64,000 nt of DNA from an uncultured bacterium (GTDB lineage: Bacteria > Krumholzibacteriota > Krumholzibacteriia > LZORAL124-64-63): contig CAVSGO010000008.1 of NCBI GenBank assembly GCA_963727525.1, positions 64,001-128,000 of the forward strand, read 5' to 3'. The number at the start of each line of letters is the position of its first letter. Position 1 is the first letter of the stretch. The notes beneath the pieces were generated by a model. The model searched no databases, was not told the DNA's origin, and saw nothing but the letters and a program-made list of their open reading frames with translations. The position numbers and the translations under genes are program-made. This document shows, piece after piece, positions 1-9,732 of the stretch.

Positions 1-385
1 TGAGTGTGCGCGGCAGGCGACTGCCGAGCACGTCGGAAATGGTGGTCTTCTCGGCCACTGCGATGGCCTCGGCGGTGAGCAGGACGGCGGTGCGCGCCTG
101 CTCGCTCGCGCGGGCGATCTCGGCGTCGCTGTGGCCGGGCGTGGCGGTCCGCGACCACGGCGACCACACGGCCAGAGCCGCGGCGACGGCCAGGACCGCG
201 GCGATCTCGGACACGCGTGGCCACGTTCGCAATTCCGGCCACGGAAGCACCCGGCGCGGCGCCGTCCGGTCGGTGATGGCCATGAGGCGACGCCGCTGGG
301 CCGCGGAGAGGTCGTGCCGAGGCAAGCGGCCCAGCGCTTCGCATAGGGTACGCTCGGTGACGAGGTCGTCGTCGTGACGTGTCAT
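1..385 (-). CDS. Putative membrane anti-sigma factor (runs off the window edge)
   Basis: Not in the ORF track. ATG at 385-383 overlaps the sigma stop (ATGA). Translates MTRHDDDLVTERTLCEALGRLPRHDL... followed by a hydrophobic segment IAAVLAVAAALAVW. Confidence 0.65.
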   Translation of the reverse strand, partial: MTRHDDDLVTERTLCEALGRLPRHDLSAAQRRRLMAITDRTAPRRVLPWPELRTWPRVSEIAAVLAVAAALAVWSPWSRTATPGHSDAEIARASEQARTAVLLTAEAIAVAEKTTISDVLGSRLPRTL

Positions 386-945
386 CCGGCCACTCGTTTC
401 TGCGCGATCGGTTCGTCGCCACCGGGTGCCAGGAGGGGGCGTAGCGCCTTGCGCGCCCGGTGGATGCGTACCTTGATCGTGCTCTCGGGAACCTGCAGGA
501 CGTCGGCGATCTCCCGCATCGTCAAACCCTGGTAGTAGTGCATGAGCACGACGCTCCGGCTGGCGGCCGGCAGCGTGTCGATGGCGGCCAGCACGGTGTG
601 CTGCTGCTCGTCGAGCTGCACCTGGCGGTCGGGACCATCACCGGCCCCGGTCGCGCTCGCCAGGTTCGCCAGGTCGTCGCCGCCGACCACGTGCAGGTGC
701 GCCCGCAGCGTCTTCAGCCGCCGCAGACGGTCGATGCACAGGTTGTGCGTCACGCGCATCAGCCACGCCGAGGCGCCGGCCAGATCATCGGCCGGACACT
801 GCCGCCAGGCACGCAAAGAGGCTTCCTGCATCACGTCCTCGGCCTCGTGCCGATCCTGCAGCAGGTAGCAGGCGTGGCTGAACACGCGGTCGCCGGCGTG
901 GTCGATGAGTGCGGTGAATGCCTTGCGGGACATGCTCATGGCCAC
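382..945 (-). CDS. ECF RNA polymerase sigma-70 factor
   Basis: Region 2 (EAEDVMQEASLRAW...AWLMRVTHNLCIDRLR) and region 4 HTH (YYQGLTMREIADVLQVPESTIKVRIHRAR). True start may be 939 or 933. Confidence 0.93.
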   Translation of the reverse strand: MAMSMSRKAFTALIDHAGDRVFSHACYLLQDRHEAEDVMQEASLRAWRQCPADDLAGASAWLMRVTHNLCIDRLRRLKTLRAHLHVVGGDDLANLASATGAGDGPDRQVQLDEQQHTVLAAIDTLPAASRSVVLMHYYQGLTMREIADVLQVPESTIKVRIHRARKALRPLLAPGGDEPIAQKRVAG

Positions 946-1089
946 TCAACGCGCCAGCGGGTGCGAGGGTTACATGCCCCGTGAAGGGTCTTGGTGTGAA
1001 TAACCATTTTCATCTGTCACGCCCGGGGGACCCAATACGTAACCTCGGTTGTCCGCATTTTGAATGGTTTATCTGGATAGGAGGCAATC

Positions 1090-2088
1090 ATGCAGACAGG
1101 TGCGACGCGACGGACGGGATGTCTCGTGGACAGCATGGCTGGACGCGGGGCGTTGATGTTCGTGGCAGTGGTTCTCGTGGCGGCGATGGGCGTATCCACG
1201 GCACAGGCCGAGATCAACACGATGCTCACCCTGCACTTCACGAACCTCGCCACCCTCGATGAGGGCGTGGAGGGGCACTACGAGGGCTGGGCCATCGTGG
1301 GAGGCATGCCGATTTCCACCGGCGTCTTCAATGTCAATGCCATGGGGCAGCCCGTGGAACTGGGCGGCGGCCCGGTGATCAACGAGTTCATGACGGGCAT
1401 GGATCTGTCCATGGCAACCGCGATCAAGATCACGATCGAGCCGGCCGGCGACGCTGACCCGGCGCCGTCGGGTCTGGTGATCGTGGGCGGACCCGTGTCC
1501 GGCATGGATGCGGCGCTCACCACCGGTCTGGAATCGGTGGATGCCGCGACCTGCGCCTACTTTCTGGCCACGCCGAGCGACAACCCCGACATGCCGGACA
1601 ATAACGACCACGGCATCTGGTTCCTCACGATGCCCGGTCCCGAGCCCGGCTTCATGAACCTGCCCGACATCGGCCCCAACTGGACCTACGAGGGCTGGGT
1701 CGTGGACATCTCCGGCAGCTCGCCAGTGCCGTACTCGACCGGCAAGTTCTCCATGGCCACCGGTGCCGACAGCGACGCGGCCGGTCCCATGGGCGGCGGC
1801 CCACCGTTCCCCGGCCAGGACTTCGTGGCGTTCCAGGGCGGCCCCGTGCTCGACCTGGATACGGGCGACTTTGCGGCAGTGATCACCGTCGAACCGGTGC
1901 CGGACAACCTGCCGTCCCCGTTCCAGCTCAAGCCCTTCGCCGGGATGATCCCGACGGACGCCCTGGGCATGAACAACATGGTCGGCAACCAGACCGACGC
2001 CACCTTCCCCACCGGCGATGCGACCCTCAACAACGAGGTGCCCGTCGAGCAGGCTAACTGGGGCAGCGTGAAGGCGCTGTATCGCTGA
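1090..2088 (+). CDS. Secreted protein with two RskA-like repeats and a C-terminal WGSVKALYR tail
   Basis: GGAGG SD and a signal peptide ending STAQA. Two internal repeats, YEGW...STG.F...IT[IV]EP. Confidence 0.8.
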   Translation: MQTGATRRTGCLVDSMAGRGALMFVAVVLVAAMGVSTAQAEINTMLTLHFTNLATLDEGVEGHYEGWAIVGGMPISTGVFNVNAMGQPVELGGGPVINEFMTGMDLSMATAIKITIEPAGDADPAPSGLVIVGGPVSGMDAALTTGLESVDAATCAYFLATPSDNPDMPDNNDHGIWFLTMPGPEPGFMNLPDIGPNWTYEGWVVDISGSSPVPYSTGKFSMATGADSDAAGPMGGGPPFPGQDFVAFQGGPVLDLDTGDFAAVITVEPVPDNLPSPFQLKPFAGMIPTDALGMNNMVGNQTDATFPTGDATLNNEVPVEQANWGSVKALYR

Positions 2089-2110
2089 TCCGCGATAGCC
2101 ACGATCGAGA

Positions 2111-2137
2111 GGCCGCCTCTTCATCGAAGAGGCGGCC
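2111..2137. terminator. Hairpin between convergent genes
   Basis: GGCCGCCTCTTC-atc-GAAGAGGCGGCC is a perfect 12-bp stem. Confidence 0.7.
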
Positions 2138-2160
2138 CCTTGATCATACGGTCCTCGCCC

Positions 2161-2997
2161 TCAACGAACCGGGCGTGCGACGGCGAACGCGGTGACGGCG
2201 GCGAGCGTGGAGTCCGGCCGATCCGCGCCGTCGAGGGACATGAAGGAGAGTGTGTAGCGTCGTCCGGGTCGGAGCATGCGGGACGGCACGCGCAGGACGG
2301 GGACCTTCGCGCCGTCGCTCTGGCGCACCCAGCGCGTTTGACGCGCCACCCGCACGAGAACCGTGTCCGGATCGCTGGCCCCGAGCATGGCGGTATAGGG
2401 AGCGTCGACGACGAGGTCCCCCGATGCGGCGGGGGCGAGGTCGACCAATCGTGCCGGGGATGGCAGATGGATCATCGACGGCAAGATATGCTCACCGCGC
2501 AGCACGAGATGGGGCACGACCCGCACGAGTGGCGCTCGCGAGCCATGCCTCAGGAAGGCCAGGTCATTCGGGAGCAGGTCGTGGGACAGCACGGCGATCG
2601 CCATGCCGGCGGCGACGGCGAACGCCGGTAGCGCGAATCGCAGCCAGCGCCCGGGCCTCGCAGTTCCGCGTCGCGGCGCCGGCCCTGCAGCCCGCTCCAC
2701 CAGCTCGGCGAGCGGCACGGTCACGGCGCTCATGCGCGCGGCGAGGTCGCTGCCATCCGCGTCGTCGTGGACCTGAATGAGCGCGAGGATCTCGCCCTGG
2801 AACGCCGGATCGCCGTGCATCGCCTCGCGCATCTGCCGCCTCTGGGTAGGCGTGGCCACACCGCGGACGTAGGCGTCGATGACGTCGTTGCCCGGGCGCC
2901 GCCAACCCGGCGCCTGGTCCTCGGCAGCGGACAGCAACAGGCGAGCGACCGCGGCCGCGAAGGTATCGAGATCGTCGCGTGGCTCACCGTGCGTCAT
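2161..2997 (-). CDS. Putative anti-sigma factor (N-terminal helical domain, one TM helix, C-terminal extracytoplasmic domain)
   Basis: Start MTHGEP overlaps the upstream sigma stop (ATGA). Anti-sigma-like segment VIDAYVRGVATPTQRRQMREAM; TM segment WLRFALPAFAVAAGMAIAVL. Confidence 0.65.
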   Translation of the reverse strand: MTHGEPRDDLDTFAAAVARLLLSAAEDQAPGWRRPGNDVIDAYVRGVATPTQRRQMREAMHGDPAFQGEILALIQVHDDADGSDLAARMSAVTVPLAELVERAAGPAPRRGTARPGRWLRFALPAFAVAAGMAIAVLSHDLLPNDLAFLRHGSRAPLVRVVPHLVLRGEHILPSMIHLPSPARLVDLAPAASGDLVVDAPYTAMLGASDPDTVLVRVARQTRWVRQSDGAKVPVLRVPSRMLRPGRRYTLSFMSLDGADRPDSTLAAVTAFAVARPVR

Positions 2998-3659
2998 CGC
3001 GGCACCTCGCGCAGGATTCCCGTGCGGGCCAATCGCTTCTGCAGACGACCGAGGCACCGCCGGTAGCGGTTGCCGACCTCGGCGTTGGCCTCGGGTCGGC
3101 GCAACATGCGCGCGATCTCCTGGTTGTCGTAGCCGCGCCGCAGCCGCCACTCGAGGAGGCAGTAGCACGGCGTGCCGCGGAACGACTCCAGCTCGCTGAC
3201 CAGTTTCTCGCGCAACAACACGTCGGCCTCGGCTCGCGCGGCGGCGGTATGGCCGGCCACGCGATTCACGATATCCGAGTTTACCTGCACCTTGCGCCTC
3301 TGCATGGCTTGACGGCGAATGAGTTCACGGACCTTGTGGTCGGCTCCCACCCGCAGCCAGGCCACGAACGGCCGCCCCTGCGGCCGGTACTTGCGGAGTT
3401 GACGCAGATCATTGTCGACGAAGTGAATGAGCACCTCCACTACGACCTCGTGTGTGCTCCAGTCCGGCAATCCGCGGAACACGGGCAGAGGACGTGCCAT
3501 GAGGTACCGGTAGCCGAGCTCGAGAAAACGCAGACGCGCTCGCCCGGCATCGCGCCCCAGGTCACGTACGAATCCGGGTTCGCTTTCGTACAGCTCCGCC
3601 GCGTCGTGGTCTGGTGCGGCGACGCGCGCCGCGGCGACATCTTGTGCCCGATTGAACAC
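2994..3659 (-). CDS. Divergent ECF-type sigma factor
   Basis: Region 2-like LRKYRPQGRPFVAWLRVGADHKVRELIRR and region 4-like GYDNQEIARMLRR...RYRRCLGRLQKRL. Confidence 0.65.
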   Translation of the reverse strand: MFNRAQDVAAARVAAPDHDAAELYESEPGFVRDLGRDAGRARLRFLELGYRYLMARPLPVFRGLPDWSTHEVVVEVLIHFVDNDLRQLRKYRPQGRPFVAWLRVGADHKVRELIRRQAMQRRKVQVNSDIVNRVAGHTAAARAEADVLLREKLVSELESFRGTPCYCLLEWRLRRGYDNQEIARMLRRPEANAEVGNRYRRCLGRLQKRLARTGILREVPR

Positions 3660-3899
3660 GCACGCTCTCCCTCGCTGATCGGTGCGTGACCATATTACCG
3701 TACCGGCGTAATTGTGCCTCGAAGATTGTTGGCGAGGCCGCGATGGTCAGGGCCGAACGATCTCGTGACCCTTCTGATAACGCACGGCGACCTCACGATT
3801 CTGCAATCGCCAGGCACCTTTGCAACGCAGGACCGCTGTGCTAAGCTCGCCCCATCTCGAACGGCGCCACGGCAAGCACGCACGGAAGGCGCGTTACTG

Positions 3900-6455
3900 A
3901 TGCCATGCAAGCTCTTGATCTGCTTGTTCTTCGTCGGATCTCTCGAGGCTGGGGGCGCCGGTATCGTCGCGGCAGCGGAGCCTTCCGCGACCGTCGCGGC
4001 AACGGTCGATAGCCTCGGTCGAGCCTACGAGGCTGCCGCCGATCGGCTCGCCTGGGACGAGGCGATCGACGCCGGCCGGGCCGAGGCCGACCTGTGCCGG
4101 GCGCAGTGGGGCGACGACGACCCGCGCACGCTCACGGCCATGGACCGCATGGCCGTGGCCCTCGACGAACTCGGCCGCTGGGATGAGGCCGACCCGCTTT
4201 ACCGGCGCGTGCTAGCCGGGCGCCGTCGGGTGCTGGGGCCGCGACACCCCGATACCATCGTCAGCATGGTGAACCTGGGATCGCTCGCCCGGATCGAGGG
4301 GCGCTATCGCGAGGCTGAGCCGCTGCTCACCGAGGCTGTCGCCATGCGCCGCTCGCTCGCGTCGCCCGATCCCCAGGAACTGGCGAACGATCTCGAGAAC
4401 CTCGGCGGCATGAAGAAGGAGATCGGCGACCACGCGACGGCCGCCGAGTGTTTCCGCGAGGCGCTGGGACTCTCCACGAGCCTGGGCGACGCGCGAGCGA
4501 TGGCGCGCGGGCAGAACAACCTGGCGCTCGCCCTCTTCAAGGGCGGGAGGTACGACGAGGCCGATTCCCTGCTGCTCTGCTCTCTCGCGATCCGGGAGAA
4601 TGAATACGGCGCTGACGATCCGCGCGTGGCCACCGTCCTGACCAACCTGGGCCACCTGCGCCGGGAGCGCCAAGACTATGGCACGGCCGAGGATTGCATG
4701 CGGCGGGTCGTCGCGATCCGTGAAGTCGGTGGTGCCGCGATCGGACCCGATCGGCTGCCCAGCGCTCTCGCGGAACTGGCAGCCACCTTGCAGTGCGAGG
4801 CGAAGTTCGCGGAGAGCGAGGCGCTGATGCGCCGTGCCCTGGCGCTGCGCGTCGAGCAGTTCGGCGACGACGATTATCGCGTGGGCGAGAGTCTGTGCGC
4901 CCTCGCCGACCTGCTCTGCGCCGAGCGCCGCTTCGACGAGGCGCTCCCGGTCCTGGAGCAGGCCGCCACGAACTACGAGCACGTGCGGCTCAACGTGAAA
5001 CCCGGCGCCGCGCGTGCCTTGTATCGCGAGTCGCCGTATGCCCGGCTGGCCTACATGCGACTGATGCAGGACGACGGCGAGGGCGCGTGGGACGCGGCGG
5101 AGTTGCACCTCTCGCGAGGGCTGGCGGATGTGCTCCTGCCTCGCGATGCGGATGTCGCGGCGCCGGCGCGTCCCGACCGGCGCGCGCTGCAGTCCGTCCT
5201 TGCGCCGGACGAGGCGCTGGTCGGCTGGCTGCGTCCCTGGGCGCACGTGAGCGCGGGCGCGGCGAACGATCAGGTCTGGGCCTACTGCATCCGCGCGCAT
5301 GGTCCGGTGACCTGGGTGCGTCTGCCCCTCGCAGCGCGCGACGCAGCCTGGGACCTCGCCGACGAGGGCCGGGAGCTGACGGAGTTTCCCGAATGGCGCG
5401 ACGCGCCGGTCGACACGAGCCTGGCGCGCGTGGCCGCGGCGTGGCTGGATCCGCTGCGTCCCCTGCTCGCCGACATCCGGCACCTGCTCGTCGTGGTGGC
5501 CGGGGGGTTGCAAGGTGTGCCGCTCGCGTGTCTGCCCGACGCGCGGGACGGTGGGTACGTCGGCGACCGCTTCGCCGTCAGCTACGTTCCCTCGGCTGCG
5601 ATCCTCGTCGCGATGCGCGCGCGCAGTTCCGGTGGTCTCGCCCCATTCCGATCCGGCACCTGCTTCGCGCTCGGCGATCCGCCATTCAACCCTGATGAAG
5701 CAGCCGCGATGCAGCGCGATCCCGCGCCGGACTGCCATCTCGTCGTCGCCGCGCGACGCGCGCGCGGCGCGACGGGCGGCACCACCCGGATCTCCTTGCG
5801 CAACGCCATGCTCGCGGGCAGCCCCACGGCGCTCACGCAGCTCGAGCGCCTGCCCTGCACGCGGCACGAGGCCGAGCTGGTCGTGGCGCGCCACGCACCA
5901 GGATCGGTACTCCTCATCGGCGAGGATGCGAGCGAGGCGGCGATCCGGGACCTCGCCGTGTCGGGCTCGCTCGCGCGCTTCCAGACGCTCCATTTCGCGA
6001 CCCATGCGCTGCCCGACGATGCGCGCCCCCTGCGGTCCTGCCTCGTGCTGGCCCAGACCGCACCCGTCGATAGCAGCGATGCCACACTCGACGGTCGTCT
6101 GACGGCCGGCGAGATCACGGCGTGGCGACTCCACGCCGATCTCGTGACGCTGAGCGCGTGCCAGACGGCCCTGGGACGGCAGGAGCGCGGCGAAGGCACG
6201 ATCGGTCTGGCCTGGGCATTCCTGAGCGCGGGGGCGCGGAGTGTGCTGGTGAGTCTGTGGGACGTGGAGGACGCGTCGACCGCGCTGCTCATGGACCGCT
6301 TCTACCGCAACTGGCGCGGTACGCCGTCCCTGGCGCGCGACGACGCCCTGCGCGAGGCGCAGCGCTGGCTCCGCGATCTCGAGGTGGACGGTCAGCGTCC
6401 GTACGCCGACCCGTTCTTCTGGTCCGGGTTCATCCTCGTGGGCGACCCGCGCTAG
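3900..6455 (+). CDS. TPR-repeat CHAT (caspase-like) protease with a probable signal peptide
   Basis: TPR repeats (HPDTIVSMVNLG, NNLALAL). CHAT dyad HFATHA and VTLSACQT; terminal PFFWSGFILVGD. N-terminus MPCKLLICLFFVGSL. Confidence 0.92.
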   Translation: MPCKLLICLFFVGSLEAGGAGIVAAAEPSATVAATVDSLGRAYEAAADRLAWDEAIDAGRAEADLCRAQWGDDDPRTLTAMDRMAVALDELGRWDEADPLYRRVLAGRRRVLGPRHPDTIVSMVNLGSLARIEGRYREAEPLLTEAVAMRRSLASPDPQELANDLENLGGMKKEIGDHATAAECFREALGLSTSLGDARAMARGQNNLALALFKGGRYDEADSLLLCSLAIRENEYGADDPRVATVLTNLGHLRRERQDYGTAEDCMRRVVAIREVGGAAIGPDRLPSALAELAATLQCEAKFAESEALMRRALALRVEQFGDDDYRVGESLCALADLLCAERRFDEALPVLEQAATNYEHVRLNVKPGAARALYRESPYARLAYMRLMQDDGEGAWDAAELHLSRGLADVLLPRDADVAAPARPDRRALQSVLAPDEALVGWLRPWAHVSAGAANDQVWAYCIRAHGPVTWVRLPLAARDAAWDLADEGRELTEFPEWRDAPVDTSLARVAAAWLDPLRPLLADIRHLLVVVAGGLQGVPLACLPDARDGGYVGDRFAVSYVPSAAILVAMRARSSGGLAPFRSGTCFALGDPPFNPDEAAAMQRDPAPDCHLVVAARRARGATGGTTRISLRNAMLAGSPTALTQLERLPCTRHEAELVVARHAPGSVLLIGEDASEAAIRDLAVSGSLARFQTLHFATHALPDDARPLRSCLVLAQTAPVDSSDATLDGRLTAGEITAWRLHADLVTLSACQTALGRQERGEGTIGLAWAFLSAGARSVLVSLWDVEDASTALLMDRFYRNWRGTPSLARDDALREAQRWLRDLEVDGQRPYADPFFWSGFILVGDPR

Positions 6456-6500
6456 CCCGGTGCCGGCCGACCGTTTTTCGGCACACCGACCGTATGGCTG

Positions 6501-8279
6501 TCACTGCACCTTCACGAGCTTGCCCACCCGCGACGCGGCGCCCACCTGCACCCGGTACAGGTACACGCCCGAGGGCGCGGCGCGGCCGGAGGTGTCGCGG
6601 CCGTCCCAGGCCACGAGTTGCGATCCGCCGTCGAGGGGGCCGTTCTGCAGGCGCGCCACGCGACGGCCGCGCAGGTCGTAGATGTCCACCAGCACCTGGG
6701 CCGGGTGGGCGAGGGCCAGGCGCAGCGCCGTGGCCTCGCCGAAGGGATTCACCGTGGGCCGCGCTCCGAAGGCCAGGGCGCCGTCGGGCGTGGCGCTCGG
6801 CGTGCCCACCTGTACGGTCACAGACACGGTGTCGTTCGCGGGGTCCGCATCGCCTGGCAGCGACGTGGTGGCGGTGAGGGTGTAGGTGCCCGATGGCGGC
6901 GTCCAGTCGGCGTCCACCGCGACCGTATCCATCGCCGCGAAGGCGAGGTCGCGCGTGAACGACGCGTCGCCCCAGTCGCCGCTCAGCGTCACGCTCACGC
7001 CGGTCTGATCGGCCAGGCCATAGTTGGTGGCGAGGATCGCGATGGGGATGGGTTCGCCCACGCCGAACACGTCGCCGTCGTTCACTCCCACGAAGCGCAG
7101 GATGCCCACGTCGTCGTCGGCCGGCGTGCCGATGAGCCGGTTCAAGCAGAACTTCGTGAGGTACGTCGTCACCCACGTCATGTCCTCGGTGGGTTGGTCC
7201 ACCGTCTCGGCGGTGATGCCGCCGTCGTCGTCGGTGTCGAGGGAGAGCAGCGCATCGGTCACGAGCACGCCGTTGTCGCGGTAGGTCGTGTTGCCGGTGA
7301 TGTCGTACATCGCGAAGTGTCCGTTGGCGTAGGCGACGTTCCAGGCGCTGTTCCAGTCGTAGCCCACGGTGTTGTACCAGTCCTGCCACACGTCGACATA
7401 ACCGCCGTCGAGGTCGATCCAGGCGGAACCGGCCGCGGGATCATCGCGGAAGACCGAGTTGCACACGCCCCACACGCAGGTGCCCGCGCTCATGGCCCAA
7501 TACTCCCAGCCGAGGCGTGCCGACGGCGCGGCATCGAGCCACGCGAGCACGTCCTGGCCCTGGTTGACGGCGGTGGACATGAGCGCCGGATCGCCGATCG
7601 CCTCGGCGTAGAGGTAGAGGCTTCCCGCGGCCCAGCCTTTCACGAAGGCCCGCAGGCGTTGCGACCACGTGTCGGTGACGTTGAGATTGAGGGAGTGCGT
7701 GCGGATGTACGCGGCGCACGTGACGGCGTACGACTCGTAGTTCATGTCGCCGGTGGCGGCCTGGTATTGCAGCACGGCGGTGAGGCCCCAGGCGCAGTTG
7801 TGGACGCGATAATAATCGTCGCCCACGCTGCCTTCCTCATTCCAGGCGGGGAACTGCAGGCAGTACTGCCAGGCGTTGGCGACGTAGGCGTCGTAGTCGG
7901 TGCGACCCGTCAGTTCGCGAAAGCGCGACCACACCCAGATGGCCTCGAGGGTGTTGTCGGTCTGGATCACGCCGCCCAGCTCGCCCGATTCGGCCTCGAT
8001 CTCGCCCCCGTAGTTCAAGGAGTGGGCATCGGGGTACTGCCACTGCGCCAGGAACGCGGCGATCTGCGCGAACTCCCGCAGGTAGTTGAACGGCCCCAGC
8101 GGTGCCGGCAGCGTGCGCATGCCCTGCGGGCCGGCGATGTCGGGGGGGATCAGCGCGTCGTCCGGCGTGCGCGGCGGCACGGGAACGGTGGCGTGCGCAT
8201 CGGTGGCGAGTCCGAGCAACAGGCCCACCACGGCGATGGCGAGCACGCTGACGATGGCGCGGCGCGAGAACGACGTCAT
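6501..8279 (-). CDS. Secreted protein: probable alpha/alpha-toroid domain, CARDB-like domain and C-terminal FlgD Ig domain
   Basis: Signal peptide MTSFSRRAIV...AHA. C-terminus NPF...IYDLRGRRVARL...WDGRDTSGRAAPSGVYLYR. The upstream part of the 1093-aa ORF is the antisense shadow of arcA. Confidence 0.8.
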   Translation of the reverse strand: MTSFSRRAIVSVLAIAVVGLLLGLATDAHATVPVPPRTPDDALIPPDIAGPQGMRTLPAPLGPFNYLREFAQIAAFLAQWQYPDAHSLNYGGEIEAESGELGGVIQTDNTLEAIWVWSRFRELTGRTDYDAYVANAWQYCLQFPAWNEEGSVGDDYYRVHNCAWGLTAVLQYQAATGDMNYESYAVTCAAYIRTHSLNLNVTDTWSQRLRAFVKGWAAGSLYLYAEAIGDPALMSTAVNQGQDVLAWLDAAPSARLGWEYWAMSAGTCVWGVCNSVFRDDPAAGSAWIDLDGGYVDVWQDWYNTVGYDWNSAWNVAYANGHFAMYDITGNTTYRDNGVLVTDALLSLDTDDDGGITAETVDQPTEDMTWVTTYLTKFCLNRLIGTPADDDVGILRFVGVNDGDVFGVGEPIPIAILATNYGLADQTGVSVTLSGDWGDASFTRDLAFAAMDTVAVDADWTPPSGTYTLTATTSLPGDADPANDTVSVTVQVGTPSATPDGALAFGARPTVNPFGEATALRLALAHPAQVLVDIYDLRGRRVARLQNGPLDGGSQLVAWDGRDTSGRAAPSGVYLYRVQVGAASRVGKLVKVQ

Positions 8280-8462
8280 GACGACCTCCACGATTCGGGC
8301 GATCCGGGGACGCCCCGATGACAGAACCCCTTGTGTGGCCGCATTGTAGCACAGGACCCGCTTCCGTGGGGTCGCAATCCCGCGCCTGACGGGCGCTCCG
8401 GCGGGTTCCGTGGTACGATGGCCACGCACGTTCGTCCGGACGACCAGCGGAGGAAGAACACC

Positions 8463-9725
8463 ATGCCCGCACGTTTCGCGATCGAGATCCAAAGCGAGGT
8501 GGGGCGCCTGGAGGGCGTCATCCTGCACGAGCCCGGCCCGGAGGTGGCGCTCATGACGCCCGCCACGGCCGAGAAGGCGCTCTACAGCGATATCCTCAAC
8601 CTCGGGGTGGCCCGGCACGAGTACCGGCAGCTCCAGGGCGTGCTCGCCCGCTGGACCACCACGTTCCAGGTACGCGAGCTGCTGGCCGAGACGCTGACCA
8701 GTGAAATCGCGCGGCGCGAGCTCATCGCCGCCATCTGCACGCGCGAGGCCGTACCACAACTGGAGTCGCAACTGATCGGCCTCGCGCCGGCCGATCTCGC
8801 GAGCCGCCTCATCGAGGGCGTGCCGCTGATCAAGGACAATCTCACGCGCTTCCTCAGCGCCGATCGCTTCGCCCTGCCGCCCCTGCACAATTTCTTCTTC
8901 ACCCGCGATGCCGCCGCTGTCGTGGGCCAGCGCGTGGTGATCGGCAAGATGGCCAACGTCGTGCGCTGCCGCGAGGCGCTGATCATGGAGACGATCTTCA
9001 AGCACCATCCGCGCCTGCATGCGCCCACGTTGAGCGTGGAACGCGAGTCGCCCGCGCGTGCCGAGGTGACGCTGGAGGGCGGCGACGTGCTCGTGGTGAG
9101 CGACGACATCCTCGTGATCGGTATCGGCGCGCGCACGAGTAGCCAGGCGGTCGATGCGATGCTCACGCGCCTGAGCGAGGGGCCGGGCCCGCGCCGCATC
9201 CTCGTGCAGGAGCTGCCGCGCTCGCCGGAGTCGTTCATCCACCTGGACATGGTGTTCACGCTGCTCGACGGCGACGCCTGCATGGTCTACGCGCCGCTGA
9301 TCCTGGAGCACAACCACCACGAGACCGTGGTCATCGAGCTGGGCGACGGACGGGTGGGGCGCATCCACACGGTCGACAACCTGCTCGCCGGATTGCGGGA
9401 GCTGGGTGTGGACCTGGAACCCATCGTCTGCGGCGGAACCGACGACCGCTGGCGTCAGGAACGCGAGCAGTGGCACAGCGGCACCAATTTCTTCACCCTG
9501 GCGCCGGGCAAGGTGATGGGCTACGCGCGCAACGAGTACACGCTCGCGGAGCTGGATCGCCACGGCTTCCGGGTGGTGCCGGCGGCCGATGTGATCGACG
9601 GCCGCGATGATCTCGAGGGGCCGGGACGCTGCGTCGTGACGATCGGCGGTTCCGAGCTTGCGCGCGGCGGCGGCGGTTGCCGCTGCATGACACTCCCGAT
9701 CCGGCGCGCGTCGGTCCCGCGGTGA
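8463..9725 (+). CDS. arcA: Arginine deiminase
   Basis: SEVGRLEGVILHEPG, FFTRD, LEGGD, HLD and SELARGGGGCRCMT (catalytic Cys). Confidence 0.92.
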   Translation: MPARFAIEIQSEVGRLEGVILHEPGPEVALMTPATAEKALYSDILNLGVARHEYRQLQGVLARWTTTFQVRELLAETLTSEIARRELIAAICTREAVPQLESQLIGLAPADLASRLIEGVPLIKDNLTRFLSADRFALPPLHNFFFTRDAAAVVGQRVVIGKMANVVRCREALIMETIFKHHPRLHAPTLSVERESPARAEVTLEGGDVLVVSDDILVIGIGARTSSQAVDAMLTRLSEGPGPRRILVQELPRSPESFIHLDMVFTLLDGDACMVYAPLILEHNHHETVVIELGDGRVGRIHTVDNLLAGLRELGVDLEPIVCGGTDDRWRQEREQWHSGTNFFTLAPGKVMGYARNEYTLAELDRHGFRVVPAADVIDGRDDLEGPGRCVVTIGGSELARGGGGCRCMTLPIRRASVPR

Positions 9726-9732
9726 ATCGGCC

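Noticed and set aside
3900-6455. TPR-CHAT as part of a type III-E CRISPR (Craspase) locus
   Set aside because: No Cas7-11, Csx30/Csx31 or array is present in the window.
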